Shown one piece after another: positions 22,733 through 35,089 of a DNA stretch of 64,000 bases. Source of the DNA: Mustelus asterias. Lineage: Eukaryota. The notes beneath the pieces were generated by a model that saw nothing but the letters and a program-made list of their open reading frames with translations, had not been told where the DNA came from and made no database searches. The stretch covers positions 40,548,001 through 40,612,000 of the forward strand of contig NC_135801.1 in the NCBI RefSeq assembly GCF_964213995.1, in the 5' to 3' direction. The number at the start of each line of letters is the position of its first letter. Positions within the stretch are counted from its first letter, which is position 1. Made by a program: the position numbers and the translations under genes.

Positions 22733-23108
22733 ATTAGAAACAGAAAATGCTGGAAATACTCAGCAGGTTTGGAAACCAAAAGAGAAAATGCTTTGACAAA
22801 GGGTCATCTGGACTTGAAACGTCAGCTCTTTTCTCTCCTTGCAGATGCTGCCAGACCTGCTGAGATTTTCCAGCATTTTCTCTTTTAGTTTCAGATTCCA
22901 GCATCTGCAGTAAGTTGCTTTTATCCATGTTTTGAAACATCTTTATGGAATTAACATTTCAGGTGTTCATCTCTTCTAACAAACGGTCACCAAACTGAAA
23001 CAATAACTGCTTAAATCTCCAGAGATCCAATCAGAACTGATGTGTATTTCCAGCATTTTCTACTTTTATTTCAGATTTCCAACACCTGCGATATTTAGTT
23101 TTTATATT
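22733..23108. mobile_element. Two nested Penelope family B terminal fold-backs
   Basis: An older inverted pair (cagaaaatgctggaaatac… / …gtatttccagcattttct) contains a younger terminus at about 22787-22928 with a hammerhead-like tract TTGACAAA-GGGTC..GACTT-GAAA-CG-TC. Confidence 0.65.
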
Positions 23109-23226
23109 GTAAAGCAATTAAATTGCTGTCTCCCAAATAAATAAGCATTTACCTTATTCACTGAAATTGGTTAAATTTTCTGGTATATTATATAGTAGCG
23201 GTTTCTTATTTGTAATACCAATTTAG

Positions 23227-23413
23227 TCATGATGTGGAGATGCCGGCGTTGGACTGGGGTAAACACAGTAAGAAGTTTAACAACACCAGGTTAAAGTCCA
23301 ACAGGTTTATTTGGTAGCAAAAGCCACACAAGCTTTCGAAGCTCTAAGCCCCTTCTTCGACCTGAAGAAGGGGCTTAGAGCTTCGAAAGCTTGTGTGGCT
23401 TTTGCTACCAAAT
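23227..23413 (-). mobile_element. Penelope-like family A fold-back insertion
   Basis: Perfect 50-bp inverted arms (23309-23358 / 23364-23413), family 3' end at about 23230, and the 12-bp direct repeat ataccaatttag (23215-23226 / 23414-23425). Hammerhead core CTGAAGA…GAAAGCTT at 23362-23392. Confidence 0.9.
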
Positions 23414-23556
23414 ATACCAATTTAGGGCATGGCATTTTGTAGTAAGCACTAGGAAATATATAGCCGCTTTCCAACTTGACTGAATAGTTTCAACCTTTAG
23501 CTTTACAAAATGTTTTACAAACTACCAGTCAATAATCAAGAGTAGATAAAGGGAGA

Positions 23557-24660
23557 GATTTGATTTTTGATTTGATTTATTATTGTCACATATATTAATA
23601 TACAGTGAAAAGTATTGTTTGTTGCATGCTGTACAGACAAAATATACCATTCATAGAGAAGGAAACGAAAGAGTACAGAATGTAGAGTTACAGTCATAGC
23701 TAGGGTGTAGGTAAGGTAAGTGCAAGGTAAGTCCATTCAAAAGTCTGACAGCAGCAGGGAAGAAGCTGTTCTTGAGTCAGTTGGTACGTGATCTCAGACT
23801 TTTGTATCTTTTTCCCGAAGGAAGGTGGTGGAAGAGAGAATGTCCGGGGTGCATGGGGTCCTTAATTATGCTGGCTGCTTTGCCGAGGCAGCGGGAAGTG
23901 TAGACAGAGTCGATGGATGGGAGGCTGGTTTGCGTGATGGATTGGGCTACATTCACGACCTTTCGTAGTTCCTTGCAGTCTTGGGCAGAGCAGGAGCCAT
24001 ACCAAGCTGTGATACAACCAGAAAGAATGCTTTCTATGGCGCATATATAAAAATTGGTGAGAGTCGTAGCTGACATGCCAAATTTCCTTAGTCTTCTGAG
24101 GCATTGGTGGGCTTTCTTGACTAGTGTCGGCTTTGGGGGGGACCAGGACAGATTGTTGGTGATCTGGACACCTAAAAACTTGTAGCTCTCAACCCTTTCT
24201 ACTTCGTCCCCATTCATGTAGAGAGGGGCATGCTCTCCTTTATGCTTCCTGAAGTCGATGACAATTTCCTTCGTTTTGTTGACATTGAGGGAGAGATTAT
24301 TGTTGCCGCACCAGTTCACCAGATTCTCTATTTCATTTCTGTACTCTGTCTCATCATTGTTTGAGATCCGACCCACTACGGTGGTGTCGTCAGCAAACTG
24401 AAAATTGAGTTGGAGGGGAATTTGGCCACACAGTCATAGGTGCATAAGGAGTATAGTAGGGGGCTGAGAACACAATCTTGTGGGGCACCGGTGTTGAGGA
24501 TGATCGTGGAGGTGGTGTTGTTGCTGGTCTGTGAGTTAGGAAGTTCAGGATCCAGTCGCAGAGGGAGATGCCAAGGCCCAGGCCATGGAGTTTGGAGATG
24601 AGTTTCGTGGGAATAATAGTATTGAAGGCTGAGCTGTAGTCAATAAATAGGTGCCTGACA
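23557..24660 (-). mobile_element. Rex1/Babar LINE, 3' portion
   Basis: ORF 23777-24376 (WCGNNNLSLNVNKTKEIVIDFRK…KFLGVQITNNLSWS…IESILSGCITAWYG), upstream APQ/FADD motifs, and an (ATCAA)n-like tail. Confidence 0.9.
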
Positions 24661-24734
24661 TACAGCTAAGTGATTTTCTGGACACAAAATGACCATCACA
24701 TTGCATCATGGAATGATTAAAAGAATCACAAAGT

Positions 24735-24890
24735 ACATACGAATATACAAATTAGGCGGAATAGGGCTCTCAGCCTCTCAAACATGCTCCGCTATTCAAT
24801 AAGATTGTGACTGGTCTGATTGTAACTTTAACTCCACATTCTCACCGTCCCAATAATCTTTTATATACTTGCTCATCAAAAATCTATCCA
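24735..24890 (-). mobile_element. CR1 3' end fragment
   Basis: Reverse complement of a CR1 3' UTR (catgctccgctattcaataagat…). Confidence 0.7.
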
Positions 24891-24989
24891 ATTGGGGGGT
24901 GGGGGGGGGTGGGAGGGAGGGGTGTTGCACAACCCATAATTATCCATTCCTGATGTGTATCATCTTTGCCATGTTCCTGGAAGATCATG

Positions 24990-26560
24990 ATTAAATTTTA
25001 ATCAAGGGGGAGCTGAATTAAGCCAAAAATATTCTTGTTTGATCGAGGTGGTGCAAGACGATCGGGTGGGGCTCAGTTTGCAGTGGCTGTTTCGCTGATG
25101 AGCAAGCCTATGCTTCAGTGGTTCTGTTGCCTTTGAGATGATGGCCACCATTATGAGTGAAGTTGTGGACTACAGTCTCAGCTCTCCGGCACAGATTCTC
25201 AGTGTTCATATCGATAAACTGCAAGATATCTTAAAGAGAATGGATGAAGGGGTGAAGATAATCTTGTTAATGGAAAGGGCAGTTCCCTCAGAGAAGTCTC
25301 ACCTTCAGTTCTTGGAACTGCATAGTGTGCCATATTTGCTGGCTGAATTGGGGGAGATGGCGCTGGAGGAGGAGTATCCGTACGCCTGGTGTCCCAATGG
25401 GTACTAAGAATGAATTCCCAGCCGTGCTTTTACAATTTTGATTTGATAGCTGGGCGCTTCGATTCAATGATGCACAGTGTATCCAGTCTTTGAGGCTTGG
25501 GGTCAGTTGAAGACACTGACCATTGGTCTTATGTTGCCTTGCCCTCAGTATTCATCAAGAAGAGTTGGAAGGCAACCAGACATGCCAGGTCCTTGCCACC
25601 CGCTGAGGCCTAGGCTTTTCTTCAGCTGGGCTTCAGGATGACAACATAGCGGAGGTGCAGAGGCTTCAGTGTCCTGTTGGCTGTGGGGCCTGAGTGCATA
25701 TCTGGGGGCTTCAGTTCAGCGTTGTTGAAGTCCTTCTTCGGCTGGAGGCATAGGTTGCCTCAAGTAACCTTATATGGAGACCTCCAGTCTGTCCATCTTC
25801 TAGTTCTGAGATTCCCTTGGGAGGCAGTGTCCTGTACCTTTTGAGGTTATGCTGTTCTGTTCCTGGTATCCTTTTTGTGAAAGTGTATGCCAAAAGACTA
25901 TGCGTGGCACCTTATTGGATAATCCTGATGTTTTTCTCTCTTTGGGACTTCCTTTCTTTATCCAGGTAACTGGAGTGGTGATACAAGATCTGATTTGTTA
26001 CAATTAATCTGGAGAGGGTTTTCTTTATCTTGTAGGACAGAGGAGGGTAATATCTCTCCCTGAGATGTTGATGGGTGTCTTGACGATTCTTATTCTCCTT
26101 ATCAAAGGGTTTCATTGTTGGAAAGTGGTGTAAATTTTCCAGTGATGGGGTCTGATCAGTGCCTCTGATATGGCTGGAGAGGAGGGAGGTTTGTAGTGTT
26201 GCGAGCCTAGGCAAGGTGTACAAATCTTTGGTTTGCTGGTCCCTGCACACGAGAGCATATGCTGCCATGTCACATCCTGTACCGATGGTGGCATCCTGAG
26301 GTTCCCCTTTTTCTGAGTTATCCTTTCATTGTTTGTAGGTCCTGGGATGCAGAGTTAGGTCCCAGTTGGTTGTATATTACCCCATAAGGGATCCTGTATA
26401 TTGTGTAGCTCTGTCTCCGTTATCCTGTGGAGGATGGTGTGTGCACTGCACCATGGGGCCATGTGATCATGATTATATCCTGTTATCCTAAGATCCCCCA
26501 CTCTTGTATCCTTTCTTTCTCCATACGAGAGGAGACACTGACTACAACATTTGCAATGAT
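24990..26560 (-). mobile_element. Highly decayed LINE, probably I-group (RNase H-containing)
   Basis: Minus-strand remnants: GCDMAAYA (YADD region), IRSCI…RIIQ*GA.R (post-RT motif of I-group LINEs) and a TNGS-like tract at about 25515-25530 (RNase H TDGS). Confidence 0.4.
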
Positions 26561-26734
26561 TGACAATTTGAATCATTTATATGAATGGCCGCTGGCCTTT
26601 TCTATATGTTCACATGAAATAATGGTCACTCTGTACCATACTAGGTATTGGGGATTTGTTACATTTTGTGGCAAATGTAAAATGGAAAACTTTCAACATG
26701 AAAATTTTTTTAAAATCCATATACTTCAATTTTA

Positions 26735-29700
26735 AATCTATTTGGATTCTGCTTCCACCATTTTTTGAGGAAGAGATCCTTGGGAGAAAAAAAGTTTCTC
26801 CTCATCACTGCGGGATGACCCCTTATTTTTAGACAGTAACCCCTTCTAGATTCTCCCACAAGAGGAGCCTCTTTTCCACATGCACCCAGTTAAACTTATT
26901 AAGACCCTTCGCGATCTTATATGTTTCAATCAAGTTACCACTTACTTTTCTGAAGTCCAATATTTCCTCAAAGGACAATTCCCCCAATCCATCTTTTAGT
27001 CTAGTATGCCCTCTCTGAACTGCTTTCAAAATCATTTACATCCTTTCCTTATTTAGAGAACATCCCCCCAATATTGTACACAATACTCCAGATGTGGTAT
27101 CACCAAGGCCCTGTACAACTGAAGCATAATCTCCCTACTTTTGAATTAAATTCCCCTTGCAATAAACAATAATATTCTATTAATTTTCCTAATTACCTGC
27201 TGTACCTGCTCAGGAGCCTTTTGCGATTCATACACTAGGACATCCAGATCCCCCTGCACCTCAGAGCTCTGCAATATCTCATTAGATAATATCTTGCTTT
27301 TTAATTCTTTCTGCCAAAATGGACAATTTCACATTTGCCCACATTATACTCTATTTGCCAGATCTTTGCCCACTCACTTAACCTATCTATATCCATTTGT
27401 AGCTTCCTATGTCTTCTTCACAACTTATCTTCCTACCTATCTTTGTATCATAGAATCCCTACAGTGCAGAAGGAAGCCATTTGGTCCATTGAGCCTGCAC
27501 TGACAACAATCCCATCCGGGCCCTATCCCTGTAAACCTCTGTATTTACCCCGCTAATCCCGCTGACACTAAGGGGCAAATCAGCATGGCCAATCAACCTA
27601 ATCAGCACATCTTTGGACTGTGGGAGGAAACTGGAGCAAACCCACTCAGACATGGGAAGAACGTGCAAACTCCACACAGCCAGTGACCCAAGCCGGGAAT
27701 CGAACCCGGGTCCCTGGCGCTGTGAGGCAGCAGTGTCACCCTCCATAAGCAAATTTAGCAACCATACCTTTGGTCCCTTCAGCCAAGTAATTTATGCAAA
27801 TTGTAAAAAATTGAGGCCCGAGCACTTCCCATAGCCAACTTGTTACATCTTGCCAACCAGAAAATGACCAATTTATGCCTACCCTCTGTTTCCTTTCAAA
27901 TCTTCTATCCAATCTATATATTACCCTCTACACCATGAGCTTTTATTTTCTGCAATAACATTTGGTCTGGCACTTATCAAATGTCTTCTGGAAATCTAAG
28001 TACAGTACATCTACTAGTTCACCTTTATCCACAGCACATATTACTTCTTCAAAGAACTCCAACAAATTAGTTAAACATGATTTTTCTCTCTCTCAAATCA
28101 TGCCAGCTCTGCCTGATTACCTTGAATTTATCCAAGTGCCCTGCTAAAATATCTTTAATAATAGCTTCTAACATTTTCCCTACCAAAGATGTTAAGCTGA
28201 CTAGACAGCAGTTTCCTACTTTTTGTCTCCCTCCCTTTTTGAATAAAGGAGTTACATTCACTAGTTTCCAATCTAATGGGACCTTCTCGGAATCTACGGA
28301 TTTTGAGAAAATTAAAATCAACACATCAACTATCTCACTAACCACTTCTTTTAAGACCTTAGGATGTAGTCCATTAGGACCCAGGGACTTGTCAGTCTGC
28401 AGCTCCAACTATTTATTCAGTAACACTTCCCTGGTGAGTGCATTTTTCTGGAGTTCCAAGTTCTTTCCTCTCTTCTATTTCCTGATTTAAATCTATTTCT
28501 GAGATGTTATGTGCATTCTCAATAGTGAAGACTGGTGCAAAATACCTGGTTAATTCATCCACCTCCTTATTTTCCATTATTAATTCCTCAGACTCACTTT
28601 CTAGGACTAACTCTCACCTGTTCATTCTTTTGTTTTTTTAAAGAGCTATAGAAACTCTTACTGTCTTTATATTTCTAGCTATCTTCCTCTTGTACGCTAT
28701 TTTTTCCCTCCTTGTTAATTTTTTAGTCATTGGTTGCTATTTTTATATTCTGCCCAATCTTCCTACCTGCCACCTATCTGTGCACAATTATATGCTTTAC
28801 CTTTAAGTTTGATACTATCCTTACCTTTTTTAATTAGCCAAGATGTTGGGTCCTTGAATTTTTCTTTTGCGTCGAAATGTATCTATTCTCTGTATTCTGA
28901 AGTATGTCTCTGAATGTCTATCACTACATCTCTACTGACCTAAACCTTTAACCTCATTTGCCAAATTACTTCCATGCCCTCATAATTGCCCTTATTTAAG
29001 TTCAAAATACTAGTCTTGGATCCACTCATCTCTCCCTCAAACTAAATGTAAAATTCAATGATATGATCACTGCTTCCCACGCCTTCACTATGAGGTTATT
29101 AATTAATCCCATAGCCTTCTCTCTATTTGACTCCAGACAAAGCTCTTCTAAGAAGCTATGCTGAAGACATCCGTATAAACGCATCTACGCTATCGTTGCC
29201 CATTTGCGTTTGCGCGACACACACCACACACGCCCGACACGCGCACACACCTTTCTGACAAACTCCCATTATTTCTTCCTTTAAACCCTATCCTAATGTG
29301 TGGTTAATTAAGAGTCCATACACCACTCCCACAAGTGACCTCTTCTCTTTACCATTTCTCATCTCTAACCAAACAGCTTCTACATCCTAGTTTCCTGAAC
29401 TTCAAGTCATCCCTCTCTACTGTGCTACTACCATCATTAATTAACAGAGCTACCCCTCCACCTTTTCAAAGTTTCCTGTCCTTCCAAAATTGCATGTACC
29501 CTTAAATATTCAGGTCCCAATCTATGTCATGCTTCAGCCATGTCTCTGTAATGGCCCATCAGATTGTAATTATTTATTTCTATTTGCGCTACCAGTTCAT
29601 CCGTTCTGTTTTAAATGCTATGTGCTTTTGGATACATAGCCTTTAGTTGTCCTTTCATTATTTTTGTAACCTCGAGCATCATCTGCTCATTTACTTTTAG

Positions 29701-30660
29701 ATTTGTACGCTCTATTCCCTCCTCTCATGATCTGTTTATCATTTCCCATGTTAGTACCTTTCTCTCTTGCCTTGTCTCTATTCTTTGATTCATAAATCTT
29801 GCCAAATTTGATCCCTTGTCCCCAGTATTTAATTTAAATTCTTCACAACTTCCCAGTTTTGCAAATTCTGGTGCACTGCTCCCAGAATGGTTCAGGTGCA
29901 GAAGTCCCAACAATACAGCCTCCACTTTCCCTAGTACTGGTGCTAGTGCCCCACAAACCGGAATCCACTTCTACCACATCATTCTTTGAGCCACCCTGTC
30001 ATTTCTCTAATCGTATTTGTCCTATGCCAATTTGTACATGGTTCAAGATCCCGAGATCATTACCTTTGAGGTTAGCTTCTTAATTATATGCCTAGCTCTT
30101 CATGCTGACTATGCAGAATCTCTTTCCTTGTCTTGCCTATGTCATTGGGAACTAAATGCACCATGATGACTGGATCCTCCCCCTCCTACACACCATGTTT
30201 CTCTCCAGGCCTGTGCACATATCCCAAACCCTGGCACCAGAACATGCAACAGAACCTTCTGTAGTCTCGCTCTTTGCTGCAGAGAACAGTGTCAATCCCC
30301 CACACTATATTACTCCTGCTACATTCCTTTTTGCTTTCCACCTGAATGGCTTCCTACACCACAGTGCCATGGCCAGCCAGCTCATCCCCCATGCAGACCA
30401 CACTCTCACCCGAACAATCTGAAAGAATCCCAAACCTGTCAGACATGCAAAGGCAGAGACTCCTGCACTCCCACCTCAGGATCCCCTCACCTGGCTCACT
30501 TGTAGTCACATCTCCTGCCTTTAACCATTGACCAATTCAGAAGACCCTATCGTAAGAGTTGTGATCACCCCCAGCTACAAAGTGTCCAGATAACTTTCCC
30601 CCTAATTGAATCATCACAGTGCCTCCAGCTGAACGACTGAGTCAAAGCTCCTCGACCCGC
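26735..30660 (-). mobile_element. Old near-full-length CR1 (ORF1 remnant plus ORF2)
   Basis: ORF 28067-28408 (DKSLGPNGLHPKVLKEV…PLFKKG), APE remnants at 29000-29650, and ORF1 coiled-coil-like RVEEL…GESYLDTL near 30580-30660. Confidence 0.85.
27447..27736 (-). mobile_element. HE1-type V-SINE inserted in CR1
   Basis: Reverse complement of the 11798-12154 type sequence, slightly 5'-truncated. Confidence 0.9.
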
Positions 30661-30932
30661 AATCTTAGGTCCAATTGGCCAGACTTTACACGTGGCTGCT
30701 TCATAGGGTCCAGCCTGATCACGTGGCCCGCAAAGGATTACTCCTTAAAAAGGGGTAAATGGGAATTGTAGATGAATTACAGGAAGATATGGACTAACAA
30801 TCAGAGGAGCATAGAGAAGGAATGGGCTCAAAAAATTATGATGTGGAGATGCCTGCGTTGGACTGGGGTAAACACAGTAAGAGTTTTAACAGTACCAGGT
30901 TGAAGTCCAACAGGTTTATTTGATAGCAAATG

Positions 30933-30969
30933 CCATTAGCTTTCGGAGCGCTGCTCCTTCGTCAGATGG
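30933..30969 (-). ncRNA. Minimal type I hammerhead ribozyme motif (best-preserved copy)
   Basis: Minus strand reads CCAU-CUGACGA-A-GGAGC(AGC)GCUCC-GAAA-GC-UA-AUGG, with stems I and II fully Watson-Crick. Confidence 0.78.
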
Positions 30970-31119
30970 AGTGGATATCTGCTCTCAAACAGGGCATAGA
31001 GAGACACAAAATCAAGTTACAGAATACTGATTAGAATGCGGATCTCTACAGCCAACCAGGTCTTAAAGATACAAACAATGTGAGTGGAGGGAGCCACTGT
31101 TTGAGAGCAGATATCCACT

Positions 31120-31156
31120 CCACCTGACGAAGGAGCAGTGCTCCGAAAGCTAATGG
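31120..31156 (+). ncRNA. Minimal hammerhead motif, opposite arm
   Basis: CCAC-CUGACGA-A-GGAGC(AGU)GCUCC-GAAA-GC-UA-AUGG, with one stem I mismatch. Confidence 0.6.
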
Positions 31157-31614
31157 CATTTGCCACCAAATAAACCTGTTGGACTTTAACCTGGTGTTGT
31201 TAAAACTCTTACTCAAAGAATTAGCCAAACCTGAGGTGCATGGGTTACCAGGACGTGACAGCATATACATTAGGCCATTAAAATAACAGAACAGATAGAA
31301 GAGAATTGTACGCACAATGCTTCAATCCTCCTTAAGTACTCAAATTGTACCAGACTCCAGAATTGACAATCTTTTATCAAATAATGAATAGAAAGACAAC
31401 TTATTCATAATGAACACTTAATGGTCCGATGTAATTTTTGTGAGCAAACTCTCCAGATTCATAATTTGAGATAAAATCAATTAATATTTAGAAATGCATG
31501 GGTTAATCATGGTTGGCCACACAGATTCTGTTAAAAATAAGTCATGATTGATAAATATAAAACTACATACAATAATTCCCAGTTATTTAATCCTTCGGAC
31601 ATTCTATTAGATAA

Positions 31615-34490
31615 ATATAACATAAGAACTCGGAGCAGGCCATTTAGCCCCTCGAGCCTGCTCCGCTCTGCAATAAGATCATGGTTGATCTTTTTGTGGA
31701 CTCAGCTCCACTCATCCGTCCACTCACCATAATCCTCAATTCCTTTACTGTTCAAAAATCGATCCATCTTTGCTTTAAAAACATGCAACGAGGTAGCTTC
31801 AACTGCTTCACTGGCAGGGAACTCCAAAGATTCATAACCCTTTGGGTGGAGAAGTTCCTCCTCAGCTCAGTCCTAAATCTGCTCTCTTTTGTTTTGAGGC
31901 TATGCCCCCTAGCTCTGGTTTCACCCACCAGTGGAAACAACCTCCCTGCTTCTATCTTATCTGTACCCTTCATAATTTTATATGTTTCTATAAGATTCCC
32001 CCCTCATTCTTCTAAATTCCAGTGAGTATAGTCCCAGCCTATTCAGTCTCTCCTCATAAGCCAACCCTCTCAACTCCAGAATCAATTTAATGAATTTCCT
32101 CTGCACCCCCTCAAGTGCCAGTATCTCCTTTCTCAAGTAAGGAGACCAAAACTGTACACAGTACTCCAGGTGTGGCCTCACCAGCACCTTATACAACTGC
32201 AACATAACCTCGCAGTTTTAAACTCCATCCCTCTAGCAATGAAGGACAAATTTCCATTTGCCGCCTTAATTACCTGCTGCGCCTGCAAACCAACGTTTTG
32301 TGATTCATGCACAAAGACAGCTAGGTCCCTCTGCACAGGAACATGCTGCATTTTTTATCATTTAAAAATAGTCCATTTTGCTATTATTCCTACCAAAATG
32401 GATGACCTCACACTTATCAACATTGTACTCCATCTGCCAGAACCTTGCCCACTCATTTAAACTATCTATATCCCTTTGCAGAAGTTCAGTGTCCTCAGCA
32501 CACTTTGCTCTACCACTCAGCTTAGTGTCAGCTGCGAACTTTGACACACTACACTTGGTCCCCAATCATCTATGTAAATTGTAAACAATTGGGGTCGTAA
32601 CACTGATCACTGAGGCACACCACTAGTCACTGCTCGCCAACCAGAAAAACACCAACTTATCCCCACCCTTTGCTTTCTGTGAATTAACCAGTCCTCTTTC
32701 CATGCTAACACCTTTATCTTGTGCAACAGCCTTCTGTGCAGCACCTTGTAAAATGCCTTCTGGAAATCTAGATACACCACATCCACCGGTTCCCCACTGT
32801 CCACTGCACTCGTAATGTCCTCAAAGAATTCCACTAAATTAGTTAAACATGACTTACCTTTCATGAACCCATGCTGTATCGTTCCAATGGGACAATTTCT
32901 ATCCAAATGTCTCGCTATTTCTTCCTTGACGATAGATTTAAACATTTTTCCCCACTACAGACGTTAAGCTAGCCAGCCTATTGTCTACCTCCTTTTTTAA
33001 ACAATGGCGTCACATTTGCTGTTTCCCAATCTGCTGGATAGAATCCAGCAAATCTTGGTAAATTACCACGAGTGCATTTCCCCCACCATCTCTTTTAGTA
33101 CCTTGGAATGCATTCCATCAGGGTCAAGAGACCCGTCTACCTTTAGCCCAATTAGCTTACCTAACACTGCTTCTTTAGTGATAATGATCGTTTCTAGGCC
33201 CTCACCTGCCATAGCCTTCTTGTCATCAATTTTTGGCATGTTACTTGTATCTTCCACTATGAAAACCGACACAAAATACGTATTCAATGCCTCGACCATT
33301 TCCTTATTTCCTATTATTAAATCCCCCTTCTCATCCTCTAAAGGACCAATGTTTACCTTAGCCATTCTTTTTCGGTTTGTACATTTGTAGAAACCTTTGC
33401 TATCTGTTTTCATATTCGGAGCTAATTTACACTCATCACCTATCTTACTTTTCTTTATAGCTTTTTTCGTGGCTGTCGACCTTTAAAAGATTTCCCAATC
33501 TTCTAGTTTCCCATTAATCTTTGCCACTTTGTACGCATTTTCTTTCAGTCTGATACCCTCCTTTATTTCCTTAGATAGCCATGGCTGATTATCCTTTTTC
33601 TACAGTCTTTCCTTTTCACTGGTATATACTTTTGCTGAGCACTGTAAAAAATCACTTTGAAAGTCCTCCACTGTTCCTCAATTGTTCCACCATAAAGTTT
33701 TTGCTCCCAGTCTACCCTAGCCAACTCCTTCCTCATCCCATTGTAGTCTCCTTTGTTTAAGCACAAAACACTGGTATTGGATTTTACCTTCTTACGCTAC
33801 ATTTACATTGTAAATTCAACCATACTGTCATCGTTCCTTCCGAGAGGATCCCTTACTGTGAGATCATTAATTATTCCTGTCTTATTATACAGGACCAGAT
33901 CTAGAATAGCTTGCTCCTTATAGGTTCCATTACATATTGTTCGGGGAAACTATCGCAAATACATTCAATGAACTCCTCCTCAAGGCTGCCTTGACCGACC
34001 TGATTTGACCAATCGACATGTAGATTAAAGTCCCCCCATGATAATTGCTGTACCATTTTTTACATGCATCAGCTATTTCCTTGTTTATTGCTCGCCCCAC
34101 CGTGATGTTATTGTTTGGTGGCCTTTGGACTATACCTATAAGTGACTTTTTCTCCTTACTATTTCTAATTTCCACCCAAATGGATTTAACGCTTTTCTCC
34201 ATAGAATCTATATCATCTCTTACTACCACCCTGATGTCATCCTTAAATATCAGAGCTACACCACCTCCCTTACCTTCCTGTCTGTCCTTCCGAATAGTCT
34301 GATACCCCTGGATACTTAACTCCCAGTCATGACCACCCTATAACCATGTCTCTGTAATGACCACTAAATCATACTCATTCATGATGATTTGTGCCATCAA
34401 CTCATTTACCTTGTTTCAAATGTTACGAGCATTTAGGTAAAGTGCCCTTATGCTAAGTTTTTATGCCTTCTTTTTGAAACCTAACACCTC
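31615..34490 (-). mobile_element. CR1 LINE, complete but frameshifted ORF2
   Basis: A series of minus ORFs from 31752 to 34229 spans APE (LYLNAR…ITETWL at about 34340-34450), RT (QHGF.KGKSC, DFQKAF, GVPQ) and the 3' tail. Confidence 0.95.
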
Positions 34491-34719
34491 CATTAATTAC
34501 ATCTAAACTAATAACTAAACTACTAAATCTAAAACCAAAAAGGTATTAATTTCATGCAAATTATTTACCCAAAGTGTATTAATTTTAAATTAACTTTTCA
34601 CATTTAAATTATCTTGTCAAATGATTGACATACCTTAAAATAACATTGTTTCATCTAGTCTACAGCACATAATAGTTACACATGTCAAGAGCAACTTCCA
34701 CCCACCCAGCTTCCCTTTA

Positions 34720-35075
34720 ACTGTAGAGTTGAGTTGATAGCACTCTTGACTTAAGAGTCAAAAGTTTGTGGGTTCAAGTTGTGCTGTTTCAGAATTAATG
34801 CAAATAATATTTGCTAATATTCAATAGAATATGTACTCAGGATCTGTTCCACTGTTGATTAAATGGAGTGTCATATCTTGCCATTTCTGGTGATTTACAA
34901 CATTGGGCAATGTTATACAAGTGAAAAAAGGCGTGATGGTCTCTCAATTGAAGCCACCAAAAGTAAAATAATTGGTCATTGGTCTTATAGCTATTGATGG
35001 CGCTTGGTCACATTTGTTTAAAAACTCAGTATTTCTAAATATTCTGTGTACATGAAGTATTTTGAGACATTTCAG
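34720..35075 (+). mobile_element. Ancient DeuSINE (SacSINE1-like)
   Basis: tRNA-like head gttgatagcactcttgacttaagagtcaaaagtttgtgggttcaagt, then decayed Deu-domain-like tracts (ataattggtcatt…gctattgatgg). Confidence 0.5.
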
Positions 35076-35089
35076 ATATTAGATCTTTG

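Larger units (their letters stand above)
30839..31213 (-). mobile_element. Penelope-like family A fold-back insertion
   Basis: About 117-bp inverted arms (30876-30992 / 31097-31213) with a 104-bp spacer, family 3' end at 30839, and direct repeat ctcaaaaaatta (30827-30838) / ctcaaagaatta (31212-31223). Confidence 0.9.

Noticed and set aside
24893-24923. G-rich run (G-quadruplex-like), also 36583-36630
   Set aside because: Simple low-complexity tracts at repeat junctions with no evidence of function.
29205-29250. CpG-rich CA/CG tract inside an old CR1
   Set aside because: Degenerate microsatellite or low-quality sequence.
14264-31213. Recurrent palindromic repeats as a CRISPR-like or REP-like array
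   Set aside because: The copies are dispersed, each has its own TSD, there is no repeat-spacer periodicity or cas gene, and they match Penelope 3' ends.
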